A DNA stretch of 64,000 bases, taken from a virus. Position numbers and translations under genes: made by a program. Shown piece after piece: positions 56,498-64,000 of the stretch. The stretch lies in IMG/VR virus record IMGVR_UViG_3300009506_000001, positions 64,001 through 128,000 of that record; one strand, given 5' to 3'. Position 1 is the first letter of the stretch, and every line of letters begins with the position of its first letter. The notes beneath the pieces were generated by a model that saw nothing but the letters and a program-made list of their open reading frames with translations, did not search any database and had not been told where the DNA came from.

Positions 56498-58355
56498 TGT
56501 CCGGTCCGAATAGAAGTTTTAGCGTTGCTGCCATGTTACCATCATCTATAACTGGAACGAGAGTATCAGTCTTACCGGACAGAATCATCTCCCAGTCTTC
56601 CTTCACCATGCTACCAAGTCCTTTGTAGTAACGGACTTCGTAACCACGATACTTGCCCTTTTGTTTTTCATATTCTTTACGAGTGGCAAAATGAATTCGT
56701 TGTTTGCCTTTGACAAGGCACACGTTTGGAGCAACCAATCGGTACACGATTGGATCGTAATTTTTGTCGAACAGCTCAGGCCATTGATAGAATAGGTTGA
56801 CAAGCAGTGTAAAGATATCACCACCGTCAACGTCAGCGTCAGTTGCGATAACGATCTTGCCAAAACGTAGTTCACTACGCAATGCCTTCCTGCCAGGAAT
56901 GAGACCAATTGCAGCGAGTAAGTTCGTAATTTTGCCCATCTTTAGCAACTGTGCAGGAGTGCAACCATACACGTTGTTGATCTTACCAGTGAGAGGAAAC
57001 GAAGCAGTTGTCTTTGGATCTCGTGCCTCAGTGATCATGCTGGCAGCGGATAGACCTTCAGTAATGAGCAATTGTGTCAGAGCACGATTCTTGTGTGTTG
57101 CATCAGTGAGGCCCGCTACTTTCTTCTTGAGACCCTTTGAGTGTTCTTTGATTGCTTTGGCGTTCGCTTTTGAGTGGTGACGAATCATTGCACGTTCGAG
57201 CACTTGTTCAAGCCATCCCTTTTGCTGTCGGGAGAAAGAACGCCAAGCGTCTTCGACCATCTTTTGCATATCAGTGCGAAGGTTTGGGCCAGTTAGGCGA
57301 GTTTTGCTCTGTGCATCATATTCGGGATTAGCAATACGAAGGTTGCCAAATACAAGCAGCCCTTCACGTACGTCATTCTTGGTTACCTCGGCCTTCTCCT
57401 TTTTGGCCTGAGGCTGTAGGTGTTTGATAGCCTTATCAATAAAGGCATTCATGAACTGAGTGTTACACAAGCCGCCATCAAACAGAAGCGAACTGTTCAC
57501 CCAAGTGAATACCTGTTCATCCACAGAAGAGTTTACACCAAATACAACATAGAACTCCATATCGCCTGCTTGAAACTTGTAGTACGAGCCTTCACCAAGT
57601 ACGTTGTTCTTGATGATCTTCTTGACCATTTCTTCCATGCCTTTATTGTACTTGTACCTCTGTTTGTTGTATGAAACGCCTACGCCAGGATTGGTCATGG
57701 CAATTTCAACAGCACGATTCCGCATCAAGTTGTCAGGCAGAGTAATGTCACTGAATACTTCAGGGTCGAGGGTGAATGTGATTTCGGTACCAGTCTTTGC
57801 TGGTCCCTTGCGGATAGATGGCTTGCTGATCTTCGAAGCACCGTTACTGAACGACTGCTGATAACACTTGCCACTGCGGTTGATTTTAACATGGAAGTCA
57901 ACCGAACAGAAGTTTGTACAAGCTGAACCGACACCGTTCTGTCCAATGACACCAGCCTCTTTATCGTCAGAAAAGTTACGTCCTGAACGCAACGAGGCAA
58001 GTGCTACTTCTGGTGTGTACTTGCCTGTCTCGTGTTTATCAATTGGAATGCCACGGCCGTTATCGGCAATGAGATACTCACCAAGCAGCGGATTGGCTTC
58101 AATTGTGAGCTGCTTATTTTTGATATCAATGTGAGCAAACTCATCAACACTGTTGTCAAGGATCTCACCGATTGCTTTGTAGACGGCAGGGATGAAGGTT
58201 ACTTCTTCAACTCGAAACTGTCCATCCTCGAAAATGGGAATCTGATAAGGGGTGGGGTGCATGTTCCCCAAGTATATCTGAGTACGAAGTCGCACGTGCT
58301 CCTGATCGCTCAGAACCTGAATGTCTTTTCCTGTATATTCTTTTTTTCGTGCCAT
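56463..58355 (-). CDS. Type II topoisomerase, GyrB/gp39+60-like subunit
   Basis: EILDNSVDE, DNGRGIP, GQNGVG, TEGLSA, ATDADVDG and YYKGLG motifs. Confidence 0.95.
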   Translation of the reverse strand: MARKKEYTGKDIQVLSDQEHVRLRTQIYLGNMHPTPYQIPIFEDGQFRVEEVTFIPAVYKAIGEILDNSVDEFAHIDIKNKQLTIEANPLLGEYLIADNGRGIPIDKHETGKYTPEVALASLRSGRNFSDDKEAGVIGQNGVGSACTNFCSVDFHVKINRSGKCYQQSFSNGASKISKPSIRKGPAKTGTEITFTLDPEVFSDITLPDNLMRNRAVEIAMTNPGVGVSYNKQRYKYNKGMEEMVKKIIKNNVLGEGSYYKFQAGDMEFYVVFGVNSSVDEQVFTWVNSSLLFDGGLCNTQFMNAFIDKAIKHLQPQAKKEKAEVTKNDVREGLLVFGNLRIANPEYDAQSKTRLTGPNLRTDMQKMVEDAWRSFSRQQKGWLEQVLERAMIRHHSKANAKAIKEHSKGLKKKVAGLTDATHKNRALTQLLITEGLSAASMITEARDPKTTASFPLTGKINNVYGCTPAQLLKMGKITNLLAAIGLIPGRKALRSELRFGKIVIATDADVDGGDIFTLLVNLFYQWPELFDKNYDPIVYRLVAPNVCLVKGKQRIHFATRKEYEKQKGKYRGYEVRYYKGLGSMVKEDWEMILSGKTDTLVPVIDDGNMAATLKLLFGPDSDVRKRWLQDD

Positions 58356-59215
58356 TATTTCTTTCCATCTAAGTGTTTCAGCAGCGTCTCTCGGAAGCTA
58401 CTTTTCGGAGCATCACTTTCCACAGTTGTATATGCCCGATCAACTTTTTCTTTTGCAATGATTGGGTCGAAGGCAGGTGTACATCGTTCGGCAGCAGTCA
58501 TCATAAAGCCAACAGCCAGTTCATAACTGATGCCCCGACCTTTTAGGAACCAAGCGAATTTATTCAGTTGCTCGTCACGCTGACCTTCCGTCATGCCGCT
58601 GATAACGGACTCTAAGTTTAACCGTCCGTCGTCCTTTTGTCCAACCATCTCGACAAGCTTGTATGTCCAAGGCTGCATTGGAGATATGGGTAGGTCAATA
58701 TCGTTCCAACGATACTCTAACCACTCACCGTTGATATTACGAGAGGAGGGTGCAACGATGATCTGTCCACCCGCACCACGCGTGTCGATACCAGGTAGAA
58801 TATTGGAGGTGGTCTTTACTTGGTAATCGTCATCCCATTGGAATAGCAAATGGATACCGCCAGTCGGCGTTTTGCCAGCGAGATACTTTTTAATATTGAA
58901 GACGAAATCTTCACCGAAAAAGTTAGAGAGACTCTCCAACCCATTAACTTCATCCTTTTCCTCAGTCGCATCACGCATGTCAATGTCGCAGACCCAGAAA
59001 CCACTTTCTGGTCCGGTGAGGATGCCGACGTTAGCAGACGGAAATTCCATCCACCACTTAACGATCTGTCGTTCATCGACAGATGCGTTCTTCGACCATT
59101 GTTGGATCAGAGGACGTTTGTTCTTGCTAACAGGTAAGACATGCCAACCTCTTTCGGTTGCATACATCAAAGCATGTTCAAGAGTACGTTCTTGAAACTT
59201 ATTCAATTTCGCCAT
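58355..59215 (-). CDS. Bifunctional primase-polymerase (Prim-Pol) with PriCT-like domain
   Basis: GWHVLP..KRP, NVGILTG, CDID, TPTGGIH, IDTRG..GQIIVAPS; C-terminal EGQRDEQL. Confidence 0.88.
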   Translation of the reverse strand: MAKLNKFQERTLEHALMYATERGWHVLPVSKNKRPLIQQWSKNASVDERQIVKWWMEFPSANVGILTGPESGFWVCDIDMRDATEEKDEVNGLESLSNFFGEDFVFNIKKYLAGKTPTGGIHLLFQWDDDYQVKTTSNILPGIDTRGAGGQIIVAPSSRNINGEWLEYRWNDIDLPISPMQPWTYKLVEMVGQKDDGRLNLESVISGMTEGQRDEQLNKFAWFLKGRGISYELAVGFMMTAAERCTPAFDPIIAKEKVDRAYTTVESDAPKSSFRETLLKHLDGKK

Positions 59216-59221
59216 GCAGCT

Positions 59222-59250
59222 ACTATACTGAATTTAAGACTAAAAGTCAA
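59222..59250 (-). promoter_or_regulatory. Sigma70-like promoter TTGACT-17-TATAGT
   Basis: -10 box ends 6 nt before the Prim-Pol ATG. Confidence 0.75.
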
Positions 59251-59260
59251 ATTCCCAATT

Positions 59261-59818
59261 TTAAAAGGGTTCGAAACTGTCTTTAAATAGGTCAAGCAGT
59301 AGGGTCATTGTGTGTTCGTTTGTGGGTACTGTGATGAACTCCTGACCCAACTCTCTCAGGCTATTCTTAATAGCCTCATCGATCGCTTGTGACTCTTCCA
59401 AGTTGTGATCACGCCCATTTGTTTCAAAGTGAGTAGGACGTTCAAGGAAGATGTTGATGTTGTCGTAGGTGTCATTGACAGCTACAACAAAATCAAGGAA
59501 AGCATCAAGAGCAGGCCAAGGACTGACACCCCTTTGCTGTTCGTTCATCTTTGGATAGATGTAGGAGAACAAGATTGGACTATCTACGATTGCGTAGTCA
59601 ACATTGTTACGCAACCGACGGATTCGCTTCTGTTGTTCTACAAAGATGTCTTCTTGTTTGTCGAGCATCTCTTGAAGACGACCTTCCCAAACAAGTTCCT
59701 TTGCGTATTCTGTCACCAAATCGACACTCTGGTGACGCATTTTCATGAAGTAGAAAAGGCCTGCGGCAGTAGTGCTTTTACCTGATCCAGGCCCACCGAA
59801 CAAATTGATTACTTTCAC
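59261..59818 (-). CDS. P-loop kinase/ATPase (AAA_28/NadR-like)
   Basis: GGPGSGKST, EYAKE and DSP motifs. Confidence 0.8.
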   Translation of the reverse strand: MKVINLFGGPGSGKSTTAAGLFYFMKMRHQSVDLVTEYAKELVWEGRLQEMLDKQEDIFVEQQKRIRRLRNNVDYAIVDSPILFSYIYPKMNEQQRGVSPWPALDAFLDFVVAVNDTYDNINIFLERPTHFETNGRDHNLEESQAIDEAIKNSLRELGQEFITVPTNEHTMTLLLDLFKDSFEPF

Positions 59819-60510
59819 TTGGCAGCTTTCTTTTTAGATGCTCGCTTTTTCCTTGGCTGTGGTTGTTTAGCTGCTTCCTTTTCAGCCTCTTTGGCTTTCT
59901 GCTCTGCTTCGAGATGTTTCACAAACAACTGTAGTCGTTCACGAACCTCTGACGAAGTCATCCAGAAATCTTCACCAGCCAACATACGATTGATCTCTTC
60001 TTCCGTCATGAAACCCAAATACGTATCTCTAGCCAGTTCTGCATACCACCGAGCTGTTGCGGTTGCCGAAGCAAGATACTCATGGCCTTTGCCATAAGCA
60101 CCACCACTATGGTTGTGGATCATAAACAGACAGTGGTCATTAACTACCATTTCATCACCGTGAAGGAATAGTAGTGTACCTAAAGAGCATACCTCACCTT
60201 CCAGCACTGTGACAACATGGCCTTGGCTCATCTTCATCGCACTGATGATCTGAATGCCTGTGCTAATGTAACCACCAGGAGTGTTTAAGTAGATGTAGAT
60301 GACATCATGAGGACCAGCGGCCTTGATACGCTGAATCATCTCGACGTAATCTTTTGGAGCACCAATTGAATCGCTTATATAGAAGTGGTATTGTTTCCCT
60401 GCAAGAGGAGCCTCGTAGAATTGAACCGCAGGTTCTTTCTCTGAATCATCACCACCAGATTCGTATTCGTACTCTTCTTCCTCTGTCGCAACCTTCTTCG
60501 TTTTGCTCAT
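59815..60510 (-). CDS. clpP: ClpP-like serine protease
   Basis: YLNTPGG, CSLGT (Ser), MIH (His) and EDFW (Asp). Confidence 0.85.
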   Translation of the reverse strand: MSKTKKVATEEEEYEYESGGDDSEKEPAVQFYEAPLAGKQYHFYISDSIGAPKDYVEMIQRIKAAGPHDVIYIYLNTPGGYISTGIQIISAMKMSQGHVVTVLEGEVCSLGTLLFLHGDEMVVNDHCLFMIHNHSGGAYGKGHEYLASATATARWYAELARDTYLGFMTEEEINRMLAGEDFWMTSSEVRERLQLFVKHLEAEQKAKEAEKEAAKQPQPRKKRASKKKAAK

Positions 60511-60513
60511 GTT

Positions 60514-60672
60514 TTATTTTTCTTTGTGGAGCAGTTCTGCGACTTTTGCCTTAGCAACTAGAAATAGTTCTATGGCCTTAACCTGTAGTCTCTTTGCAAG
60601 CTCAGGCTGTGGGAAGTTCCAACCAACGTAGGCACCAACAACTACACCTACGGCAAGACTTAATACGGACAT
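60514..60672 (-). CDS. 52-aa membrane protein (not in ORF track)
   Basis: MSVLSLAVGVVVGAYVGWNFPQP...; aagggag RBS. Confidence 0.6.
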   Translation of the reverse strand: MSVLSLAVGVVVGAYVGWNFPQPELAKRLQVKAIELFLVAKAKVAELLHKEK

Positions 60673-60702
60673 CTCACGTTCTCCCTTATTATTGTTATAA
60701 AT

Positions 60703-60965
60703 GGGAGCCTTTATTTGGTAACAAGGAAAAGGCTCCTCTATAAAACCCCGATGAGGCTTACGCTGCTAGGCGAAGGTCCTCATAGTAGTTGTCATCGTTT
60801 GCAACTAAAGTTTTGTGCTGGTTACGCCAGTCACCTCTCGGCTATCTCCTGTCCTCTTATTCGCCCCGTCGAATGCCGTGTCATCCCCAATAACTACTTG
60901 TTTTAGTGGAGAAGATGGGAGTCGAACCCATGTCCGCAACGCTTCCAATTTCTATCATCGATAGC
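60703..60965 (-). ncRNA. ssrA: Circularly permuted (two-piece) tmRNA; outer ends approximate
   Basis: T-arm ATGGG-TTCGACT-CCCAT and acceptor 3' strand CTTCTCC-A (ends 60907) come before the 5' GGGGATG (60888), giving a G3-U70 pair; tag ORF ANDDNYYEDLRLAA* at 60802-60758. Confidence 0.9.
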
Positions 60966-60998
60966 AGTGGTATTTATTGTCTAAATGCCACACCTCAG

Positions 60999-61027
60999 AT
61001 TATACTGAGAGACGCTTGATAAGACAA
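60999..61027 (-). promoter_or_regulatory. Sigma70-like promoter TTGTCT-17-TATAAT for the tmRNA
   Basis: Perfect -10; an additional TAAATA lies at 60971-60976. Confidence 0.7.
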
Positions 61028-61037
61028 CAAAAACTAA

Positions 61038-61448
61038 TTAGGGAGATGTATAGACGAAGCTACCCTGAGACATACATTCGGAGAAAAATTGCACGTAAAA
61101 ATGGTCGAGATCCATCTTGGGGTGACGATAAACCGTGTAAAACATACGGGAAAGTTCGAGATACGTCGCTTGGAGCAGGTGATGACCCTGGCTTCTGGCT
61201 GTTTCTACTGAGGCATTCAGCTCAGCCAGTGCTTCGCTACGGGTTTTGCCCTTATCACGAAGGTCAAAGGCTGTTGCTCCTGTTGCAACAACATGGTTAC
61301 ACTCATCTATCTGTTCCTTTGGGAAATCACCGACGTGGGAGTGTGCCTGTGTCCAGCGAATTGAATCGCTCAGATAGAACATCGTGTAGGCGTGGGCGGA
61401 GGTCATAAGGCCCATAGTCAAAAATGCTGCGAGAATCGATTTACGCAT
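61038..61448 (-). CDS. Secreted/periplasmic hypothetical protein
   Basis: MRKSILAAFLTMGLMTSAHA signal peptide. Confidence 0.65.
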   Translation of the reverse strand: MRKSILAAFLTMGLMTSAHAYTMFYLSDSIRWTQAHSHVGDFPKEQIDECNHVVATGATAFDLRDKGKTRSEALAELNASVETARSQGHHLLQATYLELSRMFYTVYRHPKMDLDHFYVQFFSECMSQGSFVYTSP

Positions 61449-61458
61449 GATATTCCCC

Positions 61459-61947
61459 TTATTTGTTCCACTCGTCTTGCAGTTCCTCCTGATATTCCTC
61501 GACTGCATCGATTTCTTTGATGGTATCTCGGATGTCAGGGAGTTCTGCGATGTCCAAATCGCCAATGTCGTAAGACAATGTGATATGCGGTTTGTACTCG
61601 TCAAAATCATATGTAGCCTCGTGTTCATCCATGAGTTCTTTGTGACGCTTGTTCATTTCAGGGGCATCGAGCTTAACCACCAGGGCGTTCTTTTTGGACT
61701 GTGTTGGCCAGACTTCCATTTTGCCAACCTTGCATTTGATAGGCTTGTCCAGCTGACCCAATGCCTCATAATCGGGGCAAGGCTTTCTACTGTACAGAAG
61801 CGTTGTATGAACCTTTTCAGGGTCAAGTGGATTAGGAAGGTTGTTGTCTTTGGCATATTTGCTGAGCAGTGCTACGCCATCTTTGTCGTACTTGTATCCA
61901 GCGTATGTCCCTGCTTCCTTCTTTTCCATTAGTTCTTGTAACCTCAT
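61459..61947 (-). CDS. acb1: 2H phosphoesterase, T4 gp57B/Acb1 (anti-CBASS)-like
   Basis: PNPLDPEKVHTTLLYSR, EVWPTQ and ATYDFDEYKPHITLSY closely follow T4 gp57B as I recall it. Confidence 0.82.
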   Translation of the reverse strand: MRLQELMEKKEAGTYAGYKYDKDGVALLSKYAKDNNLPNPLDPEKVHTTLLYSRKPCPDYEALGQLDKPIKCKVGKMEVWPTQSKKNALVVKLDAPEMNKRHKELMDEHEATYDFDEYKPHITLSYDIGDLDIAELPDIRDTIKEIDAVEEYQEELQDEWNK

Positions 61948-62531
61948 TTTGTGGTCCTCTGATACTTCATAAACATCAGTTTTTCGTCATCGTTGGTTTT
62001 ACCTTCGGCGATTCGGAATTTCTTGGTTAGGTATTCGAGCGGGAAGAATCTATCACAGTCGTAATAGTCATTCACTATTGTCATGTATACCGTGTGTACA
62101 AAGGGCAGCGACTCAACAAATAGTTTCTCACCACCGATCACGAATATCGGCCGCTTGTCATCTTCTGGAAGATCGGCGATGGCCTGGATCAAAGATGAAG
62201 CAACATCGGCCCCTTCTGCTTTGTAGTTCTCCTGCCGTGTCAGAACAATGCAGTGGCGACTAGGGAGAATCTTGCTAACCTTCCTCTTTTTCTTTTGTCG
62301 GGCCTTCACCATCTCGAGCATATCCTCATACGTCTTACGACCCATGATACAAATGCTGTCCTTTGTGACTTCTTTAAAGTGTTTGAGGTCCTCAGGAAAG
62401 TGCCACGGAATTTTTCCGTCTTTGCCGAACCCACCAGCTTTGTCAACACCAACAATGATGTTGAGGGGCTTCTGGATAGGACCGACGCCCATGAGACGAG
62501 GTTCTTGTGGCCGACCATTAACAAATATCAT
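61944..62531 (-). CDS. Dihydrofolate reductase
   Basis: IPWHFPEDLKHFK, IMGRKTY, LPSR, VIGG and CDRFFP motifs. Confidence 0.95.
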   Translation of the reverse strand: MIFVNGRPQEPRLMGVGPIQKPLNIIVGVDKAGGFGKDGKIPWHFPEDLKHFKEVTKDSICIMGRKTYEDMLEMVKARQKKKRKVSKILPSRHCIVLTRQENYKAEGADVASSLIQAIADLPEDDKRPIFVIGGEKLFVESLPFVHTVYMTIVNDYYDCDRFFPLEYLTKKFRIAEGKTNDDEKLMFMKYQRTTK

Positions 62532-62851
62532 CTTTTCCTATACCTTGATCGTGTGGAGCCTGGCAACGTTGGACGATCGACAAGTCGTTCTTTACGTTTC
62601 TTTTTCGGTTCTACGTTTGGTTGTGGAATGTCATCAACTTTCTTTTGTGCCTGCTCTGCACGACGTTTACGTAGAATATCAGAGCGGCTGCAACACTCAA
62701 CGTGAGCATTGTAAACGTGCGAGACAATATTCTCGTGACACTTCGGACACTCAAAGCAACACGGAATGGGATGTTTTACCTCAGGGTCTGTGTGGCACTC
62801 ACAATGACATACATCGTTGCTTGGCTTTAATTTTTTGTTTTCTCTTCTCAT
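62528..62851 (-). CDS. Cys/His-rich basic hypothetical protein
   Basis: CHCECH...CCFECPKC...HVECC. Confidence 0.55.
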   Translation of the reverse strand: MRRENKKLKPSNDVCHCECHTDPEVKHPIPCCFECPKCHENIVSHVYNAHVECCSRSDILRKRRAEQAQKKVDDIPQPNVEPKKKRKERLVDRPTLPGSTRSRYRKR

Positions 62852-63186
62852 CAGTCCCTTGTTTTTCGATTAAGAATGTGATACTCGATCACGGTTGTAT
62901 TCAAACATCCTGGCTGTTTGTAATATACTTCGAACAGATACTCTTTTGCGAGGTTGGAAAACGATCTGTTGTTTCTCTTGTCACAAATAACTTTTGGCTG
63001 TTCGATTTTACCACTCTCCTCAATTTCGAGAAGGTAGTCTTCGATAACTTCGACGAAAGACTCACGGTGGCTCTCGCTGGTCCATTTGACGCCGAACGAT
63101 CCTATGGCATCGTAAATTGCATCGTTGATCTCGTTGAAAAGTGCTTTGCTATTGACACTCTTTTGAACTACTTTGATTTTCTTCAC
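62851..63186 (-). CDS. Stand-alone tail-sheath C-terminal-like domain protein
   Basis: GTG start overlapping the thyA stop with ggagg RBS; RESF...YL..I...G.I...KVICDKRNN resembles the gp18 C-terminus. Confidence 0.5.
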   Translation of the reverse strand: MKKIKVVQKSVNSKALFNEINDAIYDAIGSFGVKWTSESHRESFVEVIEDYLLEIEESGKIEQPKVICDKRNNRSFSNLAKEYLFEVYYKQPGCLNTTVIEYHILNRKTRD

Positions 63187-64000
63187 ACCGACACCTCCAT
63201 TTTCAGTAAAGGATGACACTCGTATTTAACGATTTCGAAATCTTCGAAAGTGAAATCCGTGATCTCCTTGACGTCGGGGTTCAACTTGAGATATGGTGAT
63301 GGATATGGGTCACGAGTCAACTGTTGAACAAGTGGACCGAAGTGGTTTTCGTAAATGTGCACATCACCACCATTCCAAATGAATTCCCCTGGAACCATAT
63401 TTACGACTTGAGCAATCATGTGCAAGAAAATACTGTACTGCACAATGTTGAATGGAACACCAAGTCCGACGTCACAAGAACGCTGGTTGAGCATCAGGGA
63501 TAGTTCATATTTCGGCACGCCACGATTATCGAAGATTTCGTGCGTCGCATCGAGGTGAAGGTTGCCATCGTATCCGATACGCTCTGTGCGAGTCAGCGGA
63601 CGAGTGTAAAACTGGAACGCATAGTGACAAGGAGGAAGTGCCATGTTAGGCAGTTCAGCAACATTCCACGCACTGATGATCAAGCGACGATCCATTGGGT
63701 TGTTGCGAAGCTTGTCGATCAGCATAGCGAGCTGGTCGATTCCCTTTTTGTGTCCAACGAGCTTGCTTTCGTAAGTTTCTGGATCAAGCTGGTATTCGTC
63801 CTTTCCACCCCAGTCTCGCCACTGGGCACCGTACACGGGACCAAGATCACCGTTCTCGTCGGCCCACTCGTTCCAGATTCGTACACCGTTGTCTTGTAGG
63901 TACTTGATGTTTGAATCGCCCATGATGTACCACAGCAGCTCGTGGATGATGCTACGGGTGTGCATCTTTTTGGTGGTAAGCAATGGGATCGTACCATCAC
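63183..64000 (-). CDS. thyA: Thymidylate synthase ThyA (5' end beyond the window)
   Basis: IWNEW, LGPVYG.QWR, ALPPCH, QRSCD..LGVPFN and DVHIYENH motifs. Confidence 0.96.
   Translation of the reverse strand, partial: DGTIPLLTTKKMHTRSIIHELLWYIMGDSNIKYLQDNGVRIWNEWADENGDLGPVYGAQWRDWGGKDEYQLDPETYESKLVGHKKGIDQLAMLIDKLRNNPMDRRLIISAWNVAELPNMALPPCHYAFQFYTRPLTRTERIGYDGNLHLDATHEIFDNRGVPKYELSLMLNQRSCDVGLGVPFNIVQYSIFLHMIAQVVNMVPGEFIWNGGDVHIYENHFGPLVQQLTRDPYPSPYLKLNPDVKEITDFTFEDFEIVKYECHPLLKMEVSV

Noticed and set aside
60907-60936. Stand-alone tRNA gene
   Set aside because: Only a T-arm and acceptor 3' strand are present; this is the acceptor piece of the permuted tmRNA
63183-64000. ThyA-like gene as a dCMP hydroxymethylase indicating modified DNA
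   Set aside because: It keeps the dUMP-specific Asn (PFN) and canonical ThyA motifs
1-64000. CRISPR array or alternative genetic code
   Set aside because: No regularly spaced direct repeats were seen; genes are full length in the standard code, with TAA, TAG and TGA all used as stops

Overview
This window is part of a large, T4-related (jumbo-type) myophage genome, probably infecting a proteobacterium. Bases 1-24.2 kb are a + strand baseplate/tail operon (gp53-, hub-, gp5-, gp25- and gp6-like genes, a 3016-aa protein, and fibre/decoration genes). Bases 24.2-41.5 kb are mostly - strand: PAAR-peptidase fusion, RNase H-like exonuclease, clamp, family B DNA polymerase, helicase and putative head proteins. 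A second tail-fibre pair sits at 41.6-45.3 kb. The rest holds nucleotide-metabolism genes (dCMP deaminase, class II RNR, DHFR, ThyA), a GIY-YIG homing endonuclease, type II topoisomerase, Prim-Pol, ClpP and an Acb1-like anti-CBASS enzyme. Four observations stand out. (1) A Gly-Ser-Pro tripeptide occurs 38 times (hand count) in 12 virion proteins, uses varied codons, often lies in loop insertions, and was not seen in the non-structural enzymes; this suggests a dedicated virion modification or binding sequon. (2) A circularly permuted two-piece tmRNA lies near ClpP. (3) Capsid-targeting-like N-termini occur on Acb1 and a HAD nucleotidase. (4) Two promoter classes are visible (sigma70-like and TAAATA late), some apparently giving leaderless mRNAs. 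All product calls come from motif recognition by eye, not database searches.
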